A DNA stretch of 64,000 nucleotides. It comes from Eledone cirrhosa (lineage: Eukaryota). Below, in pieces: positions 12,295-24,125 of this stretch. The stretch spans positions 24,924,001 through 24,988,000 of the forward strand of contig OZ024751.1 in the NCBI GenBank assembly GCA_964016885.1, given 5' to 3'. The notes beneath the pieces are model-generated. The model had not been told where the DNA came from. It made no database searches and worked only from the letters and a program-made list of their open reading frames with translations. Each line of letters starts with the position of its first letter. Position 1 is the stretch's first letter. Made by a program: the position numbers and the translations under genes.

Positions 12295-12648
12295 TATAAA
12301 TATTAATAAAATAGATGTTCTTTTGATCAATTACATTTTATTATATATATTTCGGATGTACAACAGTACGTCCTCATCAGACAAAATATAATCAAGGTAC
12401 TACCTTGATTAAATCTTAACCATTTAACATCTCAGGGTATGTCATGTATCATTATATTTTGTCTGATGAGGACGTACTGTTGTACATCCGAAATATGTAT
12501 AATAAAATGTAATTGATCAAAAGAACATCTATTTTATTAATACTTATATTTTAATATTAATAATTCCAGAAAATTATTTTTCCGTTGAGTGCTTCCAATC
12601 TACTGTAAAACTCATTCTTTGACATAATCATTGAATATTGTTTAACAA

Positions 12649-12652
<4 letters not shown>
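12288..12652 (+). mobile_element. TA-inserted foldback element, family B, with hammerhead cores
   Basis: Inverted arms about 12288-12392 and 12451-12556 plus a tail of about 95 bp; (TA)n flanks. Confidence 0.72.
12463..12499 (+). ncRNA. Minimal hammerhead ribozyme-like core (mirror copy about 12344-12380 on minus strand)
   Basis: CTGATGA-GGAcGTAC-tgtt-GTACaTCC-GAAA-TATG-TA. Confidence 0.62.
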
Positions 12653-12704
<52 letters not shown>

Positions 12705-13332
12705 GCTGCTGATGATGATGATGATGATGGCATCAAACATCTAACGTCCATTTCTATTTGAATCAACTCGAATTTATGGGATGTGTGTATTATATTCATC
12801 TTGTCTGCATGTGTGACTTTGTGTGTGTCTGTATGTGTATGCATATCTGTGTATATATGTTTGTGTGTGTTTGTGTATGTACGTGTGTATAGGTTTATGT
12901 GTGTGTATATGTTTATGCGTATGTGTGTGTGTATATGTTTAAGCGTATGTGTGTGTGTGTATGTATGTATAAACGTCTGTGTGTGTAAGTATGTGCGTGT
13001 GTTTGTTTGTGTGTGTCTGTATGTGTGTTTATGTGCGTACGCGCGCGTGTGTGTGTGTGGGGGTGGGGTGTTATTGGAGTTTTACTGGATTGCACTCATA
13101 TTTTCAATTTCATAATGTACCTCAAAGGTATTAATTTTGTATTTTACATTCTCTTGTATATATATATATATATATACGTATGTAAATGCATACATACACA
13201 CATATATATATAAATGTAATCTGAGGTTTTCGACTATTGATAATAATATTCGATTCGTTTGCAATTATGCAAACAGCCTCTTATACAAACACACACACAT
13301 GCTCACCCCCCCCATATATATATATATATATA

Positions 13333-13495
13333 TTAAAATAACAAATTAAAGTTTAAGCAAAGAATCGCTGCTTTCACCCTTAACGGGATCTTCTGAAACT
13401 AAAAAGAATCAATCTGTGGACGCAGAAGTAAATATTTCGAAAAACCTTTATCGAGCCCTCTTCAGATTTTAGTCTTCACATTTATTATTATTACT
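13333..13495. mobile_element. TA-inserted family C
   Basis: ttaaaataaca.attaaagtttaagcaaagaatcg.tgctttcacccttaacggga and ttatcgagccctc...ttttagtcttca, shared with 28080, 44252 and 57314. Confidence 0.72.
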
Positions 13496-13546
13496 ATATA
13501 TATATACAGAATATATATAGAAACAATTATTACTATATATATATAA

Positions 13547-13740
13547 TGGCGGTGGATTGGCAGTATCGGTAGAGGGTCGGACGCCATGCTTTGACGCATA
13601 GAGTTACGGCCCTTGTCATTCTGAGTTCAAATCCCACCGAGGTTAACTTTGCCTTTCATCCTTACGGGGTCGATAAAATAAAGTACCAGTAATGTACTGG
13701 GTAATTTCTGGCCTTGTGCCAATAGTAGAAACAATTATTA
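13547..13740 (+). mobile_element. SINE S1, full length
   Basis: ggcggtggattggcagtatcgg...gtagaaacaattatt. Confidence 0.88.
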
Positions 13741-14299
13741 CTATATATATATATATATATACGCACTCACACACATACATATGTATGTGTATAAAAGCAC
13801 ACACACACATATATATATATATATGTATATCTACGTACATGCCTGAAAATGTCAAAAACGAGAAAACATTACGTATCTCGAAAAACAACTTTTAATTTCA
13901 CCTTCTTCATTAATTGATAGAGGACTGCTGAAAGTCATTCTATTCAATTCTATTATTACGATTTCATTTAATGTCCAGCCTAGTTCGACATGAAGACAAT
14001 ATTTTAAAGTAATTTATTGCATTCTATTTCATATCATTCAATTAATATCAAGTTCAAATTTCTTTTCAAGCATGTGAAATGCCGTCGGGTGTGGATTTTC
14101 AATGATAGTTTAAGTAAATAGGCACGTCAGTAGACGCAGACGACACTGTGAAATGTAATGGCGGCGATTGGGCATACAACGAGAGTGCATCTGAGTGTAG
14201 TAGGATTGTATATAACATTAGATTAATTGACAGCAATGGAAATTTATGGTCTTTTCAAACCCTGTATAGATTGTCTTGTTGAAATTGAAGGAAACTTGA

Positions 14300-14421
14300 C
14301 AGCAGCAGCAACAGCAGCAGCAACAGGTGCAGCAATAGTAGTAGTAATAATTGTAGTAGTGGTGGTAGTAGTGGTAGTAGTGGTAGTGGTTGAAGTAGTA
14401 GTAGTAGCATCAGCAGCAGTA

Positions 14422-14479
<58 letters not shown>

Positions 14480-14592
14480 CATAAGTAGTTGTAACAGTAG
14501 TGGTAGCTGTAGCAGAAGAAGAAGAAGAAGAAGAAGAAGAAGAAGAAGAAGAAGAAGAAGAAGAAGAAGAAGAAGAAGAAGAAGAAGAAGAA
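14300..14592. repeat. Compound trinucleotide microsatellite (GCA/GTA/GAA)n
   Basis: Read directly from the sequence. Confidence 0.9.
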
Positions 14593-14894
14593 TCATATCT
14601 CCTCTCCAGGTCTGAACCCGGCAGATTTCTTCCTGAGAAGGGATAGTGAGTGATAGCGTGAAAAAGAGAGAAAGATATAGAGGGAGAATTGACCGCAGTA
14701 CTAGAGTGTTTCTTTTAAAATCGACCTTGAGACAACAAAAAGAAAAGATTATACTCAACCGGATCGACCTCCAAAACAGATCTTTTACTTAGGTACAGGA
14801 GGAGTGACACGCAACCTAATCTGTATCATTTTAACCTTTGTATGTTTGACCTATGTCGGCTCCTACGATGAATATTATAGTTGTTTGATTAACA

Positions 14895-15130
14895 TAACAA
14901 CCTGCTTGTGAAATTAACGTGCAAGTGGCTGAGCATGCCACAGACACTTAGATTGATTTAGTGTGGCAGGGTGTGTGACAAATATGGCCCTTTGAATTAC
15001 AGATAAACATTTTGTTCCAGCTGAGTGGACTGGAGCAACGTGAAATAAAGTGCTTTGCACAAGGACACAATGTTTCGCCGGGAAACGTCCTTACAATTGT
15101 GAGCCAATTACCCTAACCACTAAGCCACAC
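14895..15130 (-). mobile_element. CORE-like SINE, family S2
   Basis: Reverse complement of ttgtgtccttg.gcaaagcactttatttcacgttgctccagtccactcagct; homologues at 22385 and 40360. Confidence 0.7.
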
Positions 15131-15353
15131 ACATTCATCAATTTTCTCTATTAGGTAGGAAGGGTACCAGAACCGTGTGGAATCACACTTCATCCTAATA
15201 TCCTATTTACGAGCGATGTAATTATTGTTTTGTTCTGATTATGTAACACAATCTCATTTATACCTTTCAGTCGCCCTCCCTCTCACCTCTCCACCATTCC
15301 TTCCTTTTGCTTTCTTTCCTTCTTGCTTATTAAAGAGAGGCACCCAATAATAT

Positions 15354-15415
<62 letters not shown>

Positions 15416-15481
15416 GCCAAATTAAGCCAACAAGATTTTGTAACTGAAATGTATTTTCTCTACTTCTCGCTTGGACGATAG

Positions 15482-15580
<99 letters not shown>

Positions 15581-15677
15581 CTTCTCTCCGAAACGTCGAA
15601 ACCTCCTCCACTTCCACCAAGCGTGAAACTGTTATAACTGTGTAAAATTGACTCCTGTGTTTTGTTTATTCATTTTC

Positions 15678-15735
<58 letters not shown>

Positions 15736-16151
15736 GTTTGTATATGTATAATAAAGCCAAAACAATGCAGGTATGGACATAGAATAAATAATGCAAATGC
15801 AATACATATACAAACGTTTATACCTCATTACACAATGCTTCAAGTGAACTATAACTTCCTCCTTTTATATATATATATATATATATACATATTGTTATAC
15901 TTGGGGAGGGTCATATTGTTGTAATAATATTGCTAGAAATAATAACAGAACACACTCACTGTTTGGTTGGTTTTCGCTTCTGTATCTTTTATATCTCCAT
16001 ATATGCGTACATGCTTACACACATGCATATATATATATATTTAGTGTCTTCTTTTTCTGTCACAAGTATCAAGATTCACACACACACACACACACCCATA
16101 TACCTACATACATACTGACACACATGCATATATATATATATATATATATAT

Positions 16152-16289
16152 GCGTCCAGAATTAGCCGTCGAAACGGCTTGAGCTCAGCTGTCGGGGTCT
16201 TACTGGTTCCTATTACCCACTCTACTACCTCAAGTATTGAGTACTTTGGTGCGTTATGGTCCACCTGGTTCCTTACCACATTTCCTTCG

Positions 16290-16291
<2 letters not shown>
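16152..16291 (+). mobile_element. TA-inserted family D
   Basis: tccagaattagccgtcgaaacggcttgagctc...ttccttcgtt between (TA)n tracts. Confidence 0.75.
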
Positions 16292-16351
<60 letters not shown>

Positions 16352-16704
16352 CTGTGTGTATGTGTGAATCTTGATACCTGTGATAGTTGGCTAGAAAAGA
16401 AGACACTGAAACCGAGTGACAGCGCGTCAACAGTTGGAAGTTACCCAATACTGTTGGCAAGGAACCACGAAGATGTTTAGCCAAAGTGCTGCTAAGCTGC
16501 CAGACTCAATCAACGGTAGGGACAAGGTACTTAGTTTTCAGAGATGAAATGTGGTCGTACTTTGCAGGTTTAAGGCGGTAAATTAATAGAGTGGTTAGAG
16601 AGTCGCCTTAAATAGCTCGGTATTTAAAGGAGGCGTGGCCTAGTGGTTAGGATATTCGACTTATGATCATACTGTAGTGGGTTCGATTCATCAACTCATC
16701 CCCT

Positions 16705-17075
16705 TCAGTATGAAGTACCACTTCAGTATGAAGGTGAGAGTGGAGAGAGAGGTGCTACACCCCAGTAAATTCGCTGAAAGGAGGGTGGATGTGGCGAAAA
16801 TGGCCCGAGTGAATGGGCCTTCTCTTTATATAAACCTGTAGGTTGAGGAAGATAAACAGAGGGAAGACGGGAACACCTACAAAACGTGTTCCTGGTGTTG
16901 AGGGTGTAAAACAACCCCACGGTAACGTCCCCCCTCCCCTATTGGGGATTTCGATTGTTTTATTTTGTATATAGTTTATGGTTATTCATTATTATTGTTA
17001 GAGATTTTATGTAAAACCCCCGCCGTCACGTCTTGTAATTTCCCATTTTTGTACGTCTCCGTGGCAAATAAAGAA

Positions 17076-17076
<1 letters not shown>
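16705..17076 (+). mobile_element. 3' fragment of Tx1/L1-type LINE
   Basis: Homologous to 19520-19899 and to the 3' end of the LINE at 30560; ends gtggcaaataaagaaat followed by a microsatellite. Confidence 0.7.
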
Positions 17077-17108
<32 letters not shown>

Positions 17109-17321
17109 TGTATGTTCTTCTGGTTTTATAATTTCACAATTGTTTACCAATAGAGAGAGAGTCGGTTTCTAACATAGACACAAGACTCTCTCATTAGAAT
17201 TTATACAACATCAACTAGGTAGATATGTCTGCATGTCTGCATGCATGTGTAGATATGGATGTTATTGTATGTGTGGATGTGGATGTTTTGAGCGGTATGT
17301 GTGCATGTGTATATGCAGTTA

Positions 17322-17930
17322 TTAGATGCAGAATTTTTGGAATGTTTTACATATTTTTACTGTTTCATTAATGAATTGTACTTGTAATTTCCTAATTACT
17401 TGTGTTCCTTCTGTTTCTGTGAAGCCCAGCTTCTCAAGATTTGTATTGAGGCAGTTACTAACATATCCCAGTGCCCCAATAATCACAGGCATAAATCTGA
17501 AGGTGTAATCAGGGTGGAGTATCTGTAGGTTTCTCATTAGTTCTGCATAAATATTCTCCTTTTCACTAATCTTTGATATTATATTGGCATCTGCTGGGCA
17601 GCTAACTTCCACTACAGTGCATGCCTTCTCTTCCCTGTCCCATATCATTATATCTGGTGTGTTATGCCTGCACTTTATTGGGGTTTTTACTGGAACATTC
17701 CACCAGCACTCTTTCATATTATGTATATGGATGTCTTTCACATTGCTGTAGCTTTTATGTGTTTATTGTCAGGGCTATGTATGTATGTACGTATGTATGT
17801 ATGCATTGCTTTATATCTGGAGATCTCTCTGCACTTGTCATCACATGGTACCATGGGCCCAGCACTATGTGTCAATAATTGTCACAAGTGTAGTGTTTAT
17901 ACCAGAGTTTTCAAGTCGCTGGCTGGACTA
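17322..17930 (-). mobile_element. R4/NeSL-like non-LTR retrotransposon 3' fragment (restriction-like endonuclease)
   Basis: HNTPDIMIWDREEKACTVVEVSCPAD..K..EKENIYAEL...MPVIIGALG, a PD-(D/E)xK RLE pattern. Confidence 0.8.
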
Positions 17931-18207
17931 AAAAGTCACACTCGTTCAGTGCATCGGTAGGGGTTCTCCTACATGGATATAAAGTAGTGGCCGTACTCGA
18001 AAACGAGTTGGCAGCCACCATGTATGTATGTATGTATGTATGTATGTATGTATGTATGTATGTATGTATGTATGTATGCATGTATATATGTATGTGTGTG
18101 TGTATATGTGTATATGTATGTGTGTATGTATCTTTGTATGTATGTGATATATATACACCTATATGCATACGCATATCTGTATATGTGTGTATATATACGT
18201 ATATATT

Positions 18208-18263
<56 letters not shown>

Positions 18264-18962
18264 TATATATATATATATATACAATATATCTATATCTATA
18301 TACAAACTCACATAAACGCATGCAGTATTCATGTGCTACGCCTGCAGTGGCTAATCTAACTAAGCCACCAAGTGTTAGTACCAGACAAATGTATATAAGA
18401 AGACTTAACAGTCCACTACAACCACTAAAAAACACATATTTACAAAGGTAATCCACAGAACAGGTGTGGTATTAAATATCTAGCAAAAAGAAATTAATCA
18501 AAGGTGTACAAATATCTCTCTACCTTTTGTTTTACCGATCACCTGTTTAAAAAGCTATATATATTCTCACTGTAACATATCTCATTATCTTCACATTTAC
18601 TTTTAATCAACGCAATCTTGTTTTATAAGGATTTAAAGCCGTGTTTCTTGGCTAATTCTTAATTGATCTGTTGTGTATTGAGCAATTTAAAAACCTATTA
18701 TTAACTTTATTTGCTTTGCTTTATGGGGAAAAAAACCATGCATTTGTGTGTGTATGTGTGTGCGCGTTTATGTGTGTGTGTTTGTATGTGTGTGTTTGAG
18801 TGTATATATGTGTGTGTTTTTGTGTATTTATGTATTTGTGTGTTATCTTCCGTCTCTCTAAGTGTTGAAACTCTATTTGTTTAGTATAATACACAACTTC
18901 CTTACAATGCCAGTACAAGTGTAAGAGGTATCCTACCTCGGTGTTCTATAAACATAGTTTAA

Positions 18963-19264
18963 CCCTTCTGACACCCTAACTCTTGAAACGGGTCTTGGTT
19001 CTACGATACAAAACTGTTTTATTTATTTAAAGAACCCCATAAAATATTCCCTAATGTTATGTAAGAAACGTTGTGACAAACAACAGTTTATTAACCAGAA
19101 AGTTAGACTATGAAATTCTAGATTTTCAAATGTTTTGAAAATTATTGCCATTAGGAATATGGTAATGAAAGAGTTAAGTTATTACCAGCGTTTTATTAGA
19201 AATATGGTAACGAAAGGTTAAATTAAAGGCAGTGTCTTTCATTAGAGATATGGTAACGAAAGGG
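18963..19264. mobile_element. piggyBac-like MITE
   Basis: TTAA|CCCTT ... AAGGG|TTAA; right end motif atatggtaacgaaag.gttaa repeated three times. Confidence 0.55.
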
Positions 19265-19519
19265 TTAAAGGAAATGAATTTCCAACTGCATTTAAAATTT
19301 CAAATTAATGTTTTTCTGTCTGTCTATCTGTGTCTGTGTACCATATGTCTATCTGTAAGTGTTCCCTATCTATTGGTCTATCTGGGTCTATTTATCTGTC
19401 TGTACTCCCTAGCTATGTGTCTGTCGGTGTGCCCTATTTATGTGTCTGTCCATCCATCTGTCTGTGTGTCTAATTATCTGCATGTCTATCTATCTAAACC
19501 CGATCCTCCATACTATCTT

Positions 19520-19897
19520 CTTTAAGTACCACTTCAGAAGGAGGTGAGAGTGGAGAGAGAGAGAGGTGCTACACCCCAGTAAATTCGCTGACATGTGGGT
19601 GAATGTGGCGAAAATGGCCCGAGTGAATGGCCCTTCTCTGTATATAAACCTGTAGGGTGAAGAAGATAAACAGAGGGAAAACGGGAACACCTACAAAACG
19701 TGTTCCTGGTGTTGAGGGTTGTTCTATCCATGGGGTGTAAAACAACCCCGCAGTAGCGTTACCCCCTAATGGGGATTTCAATTGTTTTATTTTTATATAG
19801 TTTATTGTATTTAACATTGTTAAAGATTTTATGTAAAACCCCCGCCGTCACGTCTTGTAATGTCCCATTTTTGCACGCCCCTGTGGCAAATAAAGAA

Positions 19898-19899
<2 letters not shown>
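19520..19899 (+). mobile_element. 3' fragment of Tx1/L1-type LINE with (CTAT)n tail
   Basis: Close homologue of 16705-17076 and 52660-52930. Confidence 0.7.
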
Positions 19900-19987
<88 letters not shown>

Positions 19988-20260
19988 TTATGTAATAAAG
20001 AAAGATATCTATCTATGTATAAAAAGCTGGTCAGTAATACTACACACTACACCCCACCCCATACTATATATATATAATTCTACACAATACACCCCACCCA
20101 CCATACTATATATATATGTGTATAGAAAGCTGGTCACATTACACCCCACCCTACATATTATCTGTATGTAATTCTACACCCTCCATACTACCCCTCAACC
20201 TACATACTACCCTCGCCTCCATACAATCTATGTGTAATACTACACACTAACTGAGCATCC

Positions 20261-20785
20261 TACACACTATCTATGTGTGTTGAAAGCTGGGCAATATTGC
20301 TACACACTATCTATGTGTGTTGAAAGCTGGCCAGTATTGCTACACACTATCTATGTGTGTTGAATGCTGGCCAGTATTGCTACACACTATCTATGTGTGT
20401 TGAAAGCTGGCCTGTATTGCTACACACTATCTATGTGTGTTGAAAGCTGGCCTGTATTGCTACACACTATCTATGTGTGTTGAAAGCTGGCCTGTATTGC
20501 TACACACTATCTATGTGTGTTGAAAGCTGGCCAGTATTGCTACACACTATCTATGTGTGTTGAAAGCTGGCCTGTATTACTACACACTATCTATGTGTGT
20601 TGAAAGCTGGCCTGTATTGCTACACACTATCTATGTGTGTTGAAAGCTGGCCTGTATTGCTACACACTATCTATGTGTGTTGAAAGCTGGCCTGTATTGC
20701 TACACACTATCTATGTGTGTTGAAAGCTGGCCTGTATTGCTACACACTATCTATGTGTGTTGAAAGCTGGCCTGTATTGCTACAC
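20261..20785. repeat. 40-bp minisatellite x13
   Basis: tacacactatctatgtgtgttgaaagctggcc(a/t)gtattgc repeated almost perfectly, with no spacers. Confidence 0.95.
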
Positions 20786-21090
20786 CTAATTATTCAGACA
20801 TGTCGCCGGCGATTTCGCTTGGTTTAGAACGAAACAATATTGGAAGTGATTAAAATAACAATTATGTGCAGTCTACTGTGATGTGTGTCTGTGTGTGTGT
20901 CTATGTCGGTGTGTGTGTGTCTGTGTGTGTATGTCAGTGTGTGTGTTTGGGTGTCTGTGTGTCTGTGTGTATGATGTGTGTGTGTGTGTGTGTCTGTGTG
21001 TGTATGTCAGTGTGCGTGTTTGGGAGTCTGTGTGTCTGTGTGTGTGTGTCTGTGTGTGTCTGTGTGTCTGTGTATGTCTTTGTATATCTT

Positions 21091-21129
<39 letters not shown>

Positions 21130-21242
21130 ATGTGTGTGATTATGTATATACGTGCCTTTGTATATATGTGTGTGTGACTATGTATGTGCTTGTCTTTGTA
21201 TGGTTGTGTATGTGTGTATGTATGTGTTTGTATGTGTGCATC

Positions 21243-21275
<33 letters not shown>

Positions 21276-21744
21276 ATGTGTGTGTGTGTGTGTAAGCTTG
21301 TGTATAAAATCAATAACTCTCAGACCCTATTTACCAAATAAAAATAAATCGATTTTAGCTTGAAAGTAAATTACCTCACACTAATCTGATTATTGATCTC
21401 TCTGTCAAGCTCACCTACCCGGAATATAACATATAAACTAGCAAAACAAACAAATAAATATATAAATTAAACTAACAGTTTCTCAGACTCCATCTGTTGA
21501 CTGGAGAGGACAAAGAGAATATAACCAACAGTGTTCATAAGTTTACATATCTGTCCATCTTTTTACTCATTTCTAGTTGAGATATCTGATATCCATGCTT
21601 CCTCATCTGCTGTTTTCCTCCGCAAAATCGGGAGGAGAGCATCCCACCTGAGGAATGAGCTCCAAGAGGTAGAGTGACTGGTGCAGCGCGTGTCGTTGGC
21701 TGTATTTCTCAAAAATGCTTTCGCCATTTTTGTTCACGTGGTGC

Positions 21745-22305
21745 AGCTGAGATATACCCCATAGGCAGAAGTGTAGAGTTTGCTGCTCCCCAATATTAGA
21801 AGAAACAACTGAGATAATCCCCTAGACTGTACTGTGAAGCCTTCCCCTCAACTAGTAGATACAGCTGAGATAACCCACCACCCCCTAGACTGTACTGTAG
21901 AGTCTTCCTCCGACTAGTAGATACAGCTGAGATAAACCCCCTAGACTACTGTAGAGTCTTCCCTCCGACTAGTAGATACAGCTGAGATAACCCCCTAGAC
22001 TGTACTGTAGAGTCTTCCCTCCGACTAGTAGATACAGCTGAGATAAACCCCCTAGACTACTGTAGAGTCTTCCCTCCGACTAGTAGATACAGCTGAGATA
22101 AACCCCCTAGACTGTACTGTAGAATTTGCCGCTCCCCTAACAGTAAAAGATACATCTGAGATATACCCCCTACAATGTAGTGTAGAGTCTTTACCACACC
22201 TAAGATACACCCCTACACTGTTGTATAGAGTCTGTCGTTCCCTTCCCCTGACTAGTAGATACAGCTGAGATATATCCCTTACACTGTTGTGTAGAATCTG
22301 CTCCC
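21745..22305. repeat. Minisatellite of about 57-60 bp, x about 9
   Basis: actagtagatacagctgagataaaccccctagactgtactgtagagtcttccctccg; degenerate at the edges. Confidence 0.9.
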
Positions 22306-22384
22306 CCTTTCGTTATATACTTGTATTTTGTTTCGTCAAAGCAGTTTTAACAACAGGTAGCGATATAATTGAGGTGGTTTGCAG

Positions 22385-22665
22385 CATGAACGAATGGTTA
22401 GAGAAATTCACTTCACAATCTTAAGGATCCCGGTTCGATCCAATTGCCTGACATTTTAGCCAAGTTTCATGTATCATAGCTTCGGGTGATCACACGTAGC
22501 TCCAATCCACTCAACTGGAAACAAAAATGAGTTGTGTATCTCATTGTGTAATTCAAAGAGCCAGCCTTGTCATATGTTGTGATCACAGAGTCTCTCTGCA
22601 AAACACCCAACCACTTGCACGTTAATTTCACGTGTACGATGATCTGTTGTTCTAACAAACAAACC
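22385..22665 (+). mobile_element. SINE S2-like (degenerate)
   Basis: B box ggttcgatcc; tccaatccactcaactgg...aaaatgagttgt...taattcaaagagccagcc. Confidence 0.6.
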
Positions 22666-22820
22666 AGTTATATATTCATAGTGAGTCATGTTACTCTGGA
22701 GTTTCGCCTGCTTATCACAGGGTCATAAGACATTGAATATCAAAACTCTACTCCGGTATTGAGTATTCCTTTCTCTCAGCCGTCAACCACATACGGATAT
22801 ATATATATATATATATATAT

Positions 22821-22924
22821 AACGAAGGAAATGTGGTAAGGAACCAGGTGGACCATAACGCACCAAAGTACTCAATACTTAGGGTAGTAAAGTGGGTAAT
22901 AGGAACGAGTAGGACCTACTCGTT

Positions 22925-22930
<6 letters not shown>
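22821..22930 (-). mobile_element. TA-inserted family D with mini-foldback
   Basis: Reverse copy ending taggaacgagtagga-cctactcgttccta (hairpin). Confidence 0.72.
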
Positions 22931-22974
<44 letters not shown>

Positions 22975-22980
<6 letters not shown>

Positions 22981-23477
22981 AAGTTGTAGTTCCTGTCTGT
23001 TTGTTTGTTAGTTTGTTTGTTCACACGAACTCCTCCTATGGTTTTGGAGATAGACCCCATAACCATATATATTCTGAAACTACATTGCCCAGGGTACTTG
23101 GATAAGTATATTTCATTTTAATCAAAGGGTTCTCCGGGGGGCACGAACCCCCGCTGAAAATGTTTTCCCTTTGATTTATATGAAATTTAGACGATAGGTA
23201 AATGACAAGATATGATGCCTATTCACAAAAGTTTTGAATTGATATTTTGAAAAAAATTTTACAAGAAACAAAATAAGAATAAGATTTAATAATGTAATTT
23301 TGATTTGATATATTACAAAAAATTATGTTTTCCAATTTTTCATGCATTACATTTTATATTGAGTAATATTGAAATGCCGAGTTTTTCTCCATAAATTATA
23401 TCACTGATTTAAAATCAATCATCCTTTTCTTACAAAGAAAATGTGTGAAACACATCAAGGCGCGGGTAATTCGGCTA

Positions 23478-23478
<1 letters not shown>
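22975..23478 (+). mobile_element. Non-autonomous Helitron
   Basis: 5' tgtctgtttgtttg block; 3' gcgcgggtaattcggCTAG|t, similar to the end at 2878. Confidence 0.6.
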
Positions 23479-23527
<49 letters not shown>

Positions 23528-23528
<1 letters not shown>

Positions 23529-24125
23529 ACCCTTATCTCTTAACCCAACCGTGCAGCAACTACGCGGATACCACTGCAACTCACAAAGAAACAAGAAAAC
23601 ATCACCTCCGGGATGTTCATTACAACCTCCCTCCCACTAGGAGATACCAAGGAAACCTCTTCTTGCAACGCCCCCCACCCACCCACCACCAGACTCAACA
23701 AACCTAAGCCACTCGATATATTCAGCAATGAAGGGTCCCTAAAACACAACTAGTACACATGATATATAAGGACACACAACCACACACTAATTATAGGGAT
23801 ACCTTAATCAACCCACAACCATGAACTCGAACCTTCAATAACAACAACAGGGAACAACACAACCACAGGAGACAACCCAAAATCCACAACCATCACAACT
23901 ACCTTAATTAATTTTTAGACCCAGTACACAGACACAGGAAAACGAGATGACACAAGACATACAGGAGAGACAAAAAGTAATGAAAGTAATAAATTTAGCC
24001 ACTGAAGAACCAACAACAGACCAAATCAACATACTTTCCAAAGGGCTGAAATTTACACCAACCCCGCAACGTCCAAACTACTCCGAAATGAGGGAAGATA
24101 TTGCGGAACTCTGTAAAAAACTATG
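23528..24125 (+). mobile_element. Penelope-like element 5' ORF fragment
   Basis: MKVINLATEEPTTDQINILSKGLKFTPTPQRPNYSEMREDIAELCKKL, paralogous to 7465-7925. Confidence 0.72.

Noticed and set aside
13547-13640. tRNA genes (A/B boxes here and at other SINE heads such as 9040 and 16630)
   Set aside because: No cloverleaf; the boxes are heads of multi-copy SINEs with a body, tail and TSDs.
20261-20785. CRISPR-like array (40-bp units with a hairpin and GAAAG)
   Set aside because: Units are head-to-tail with no unique spacers, there are no cas genes, and the context is a eukaryotic intron.
21745-22305. Second possible CRISPR array
   Set aside because: The whole unit is repeated, so it is an ordinary minisatellite.
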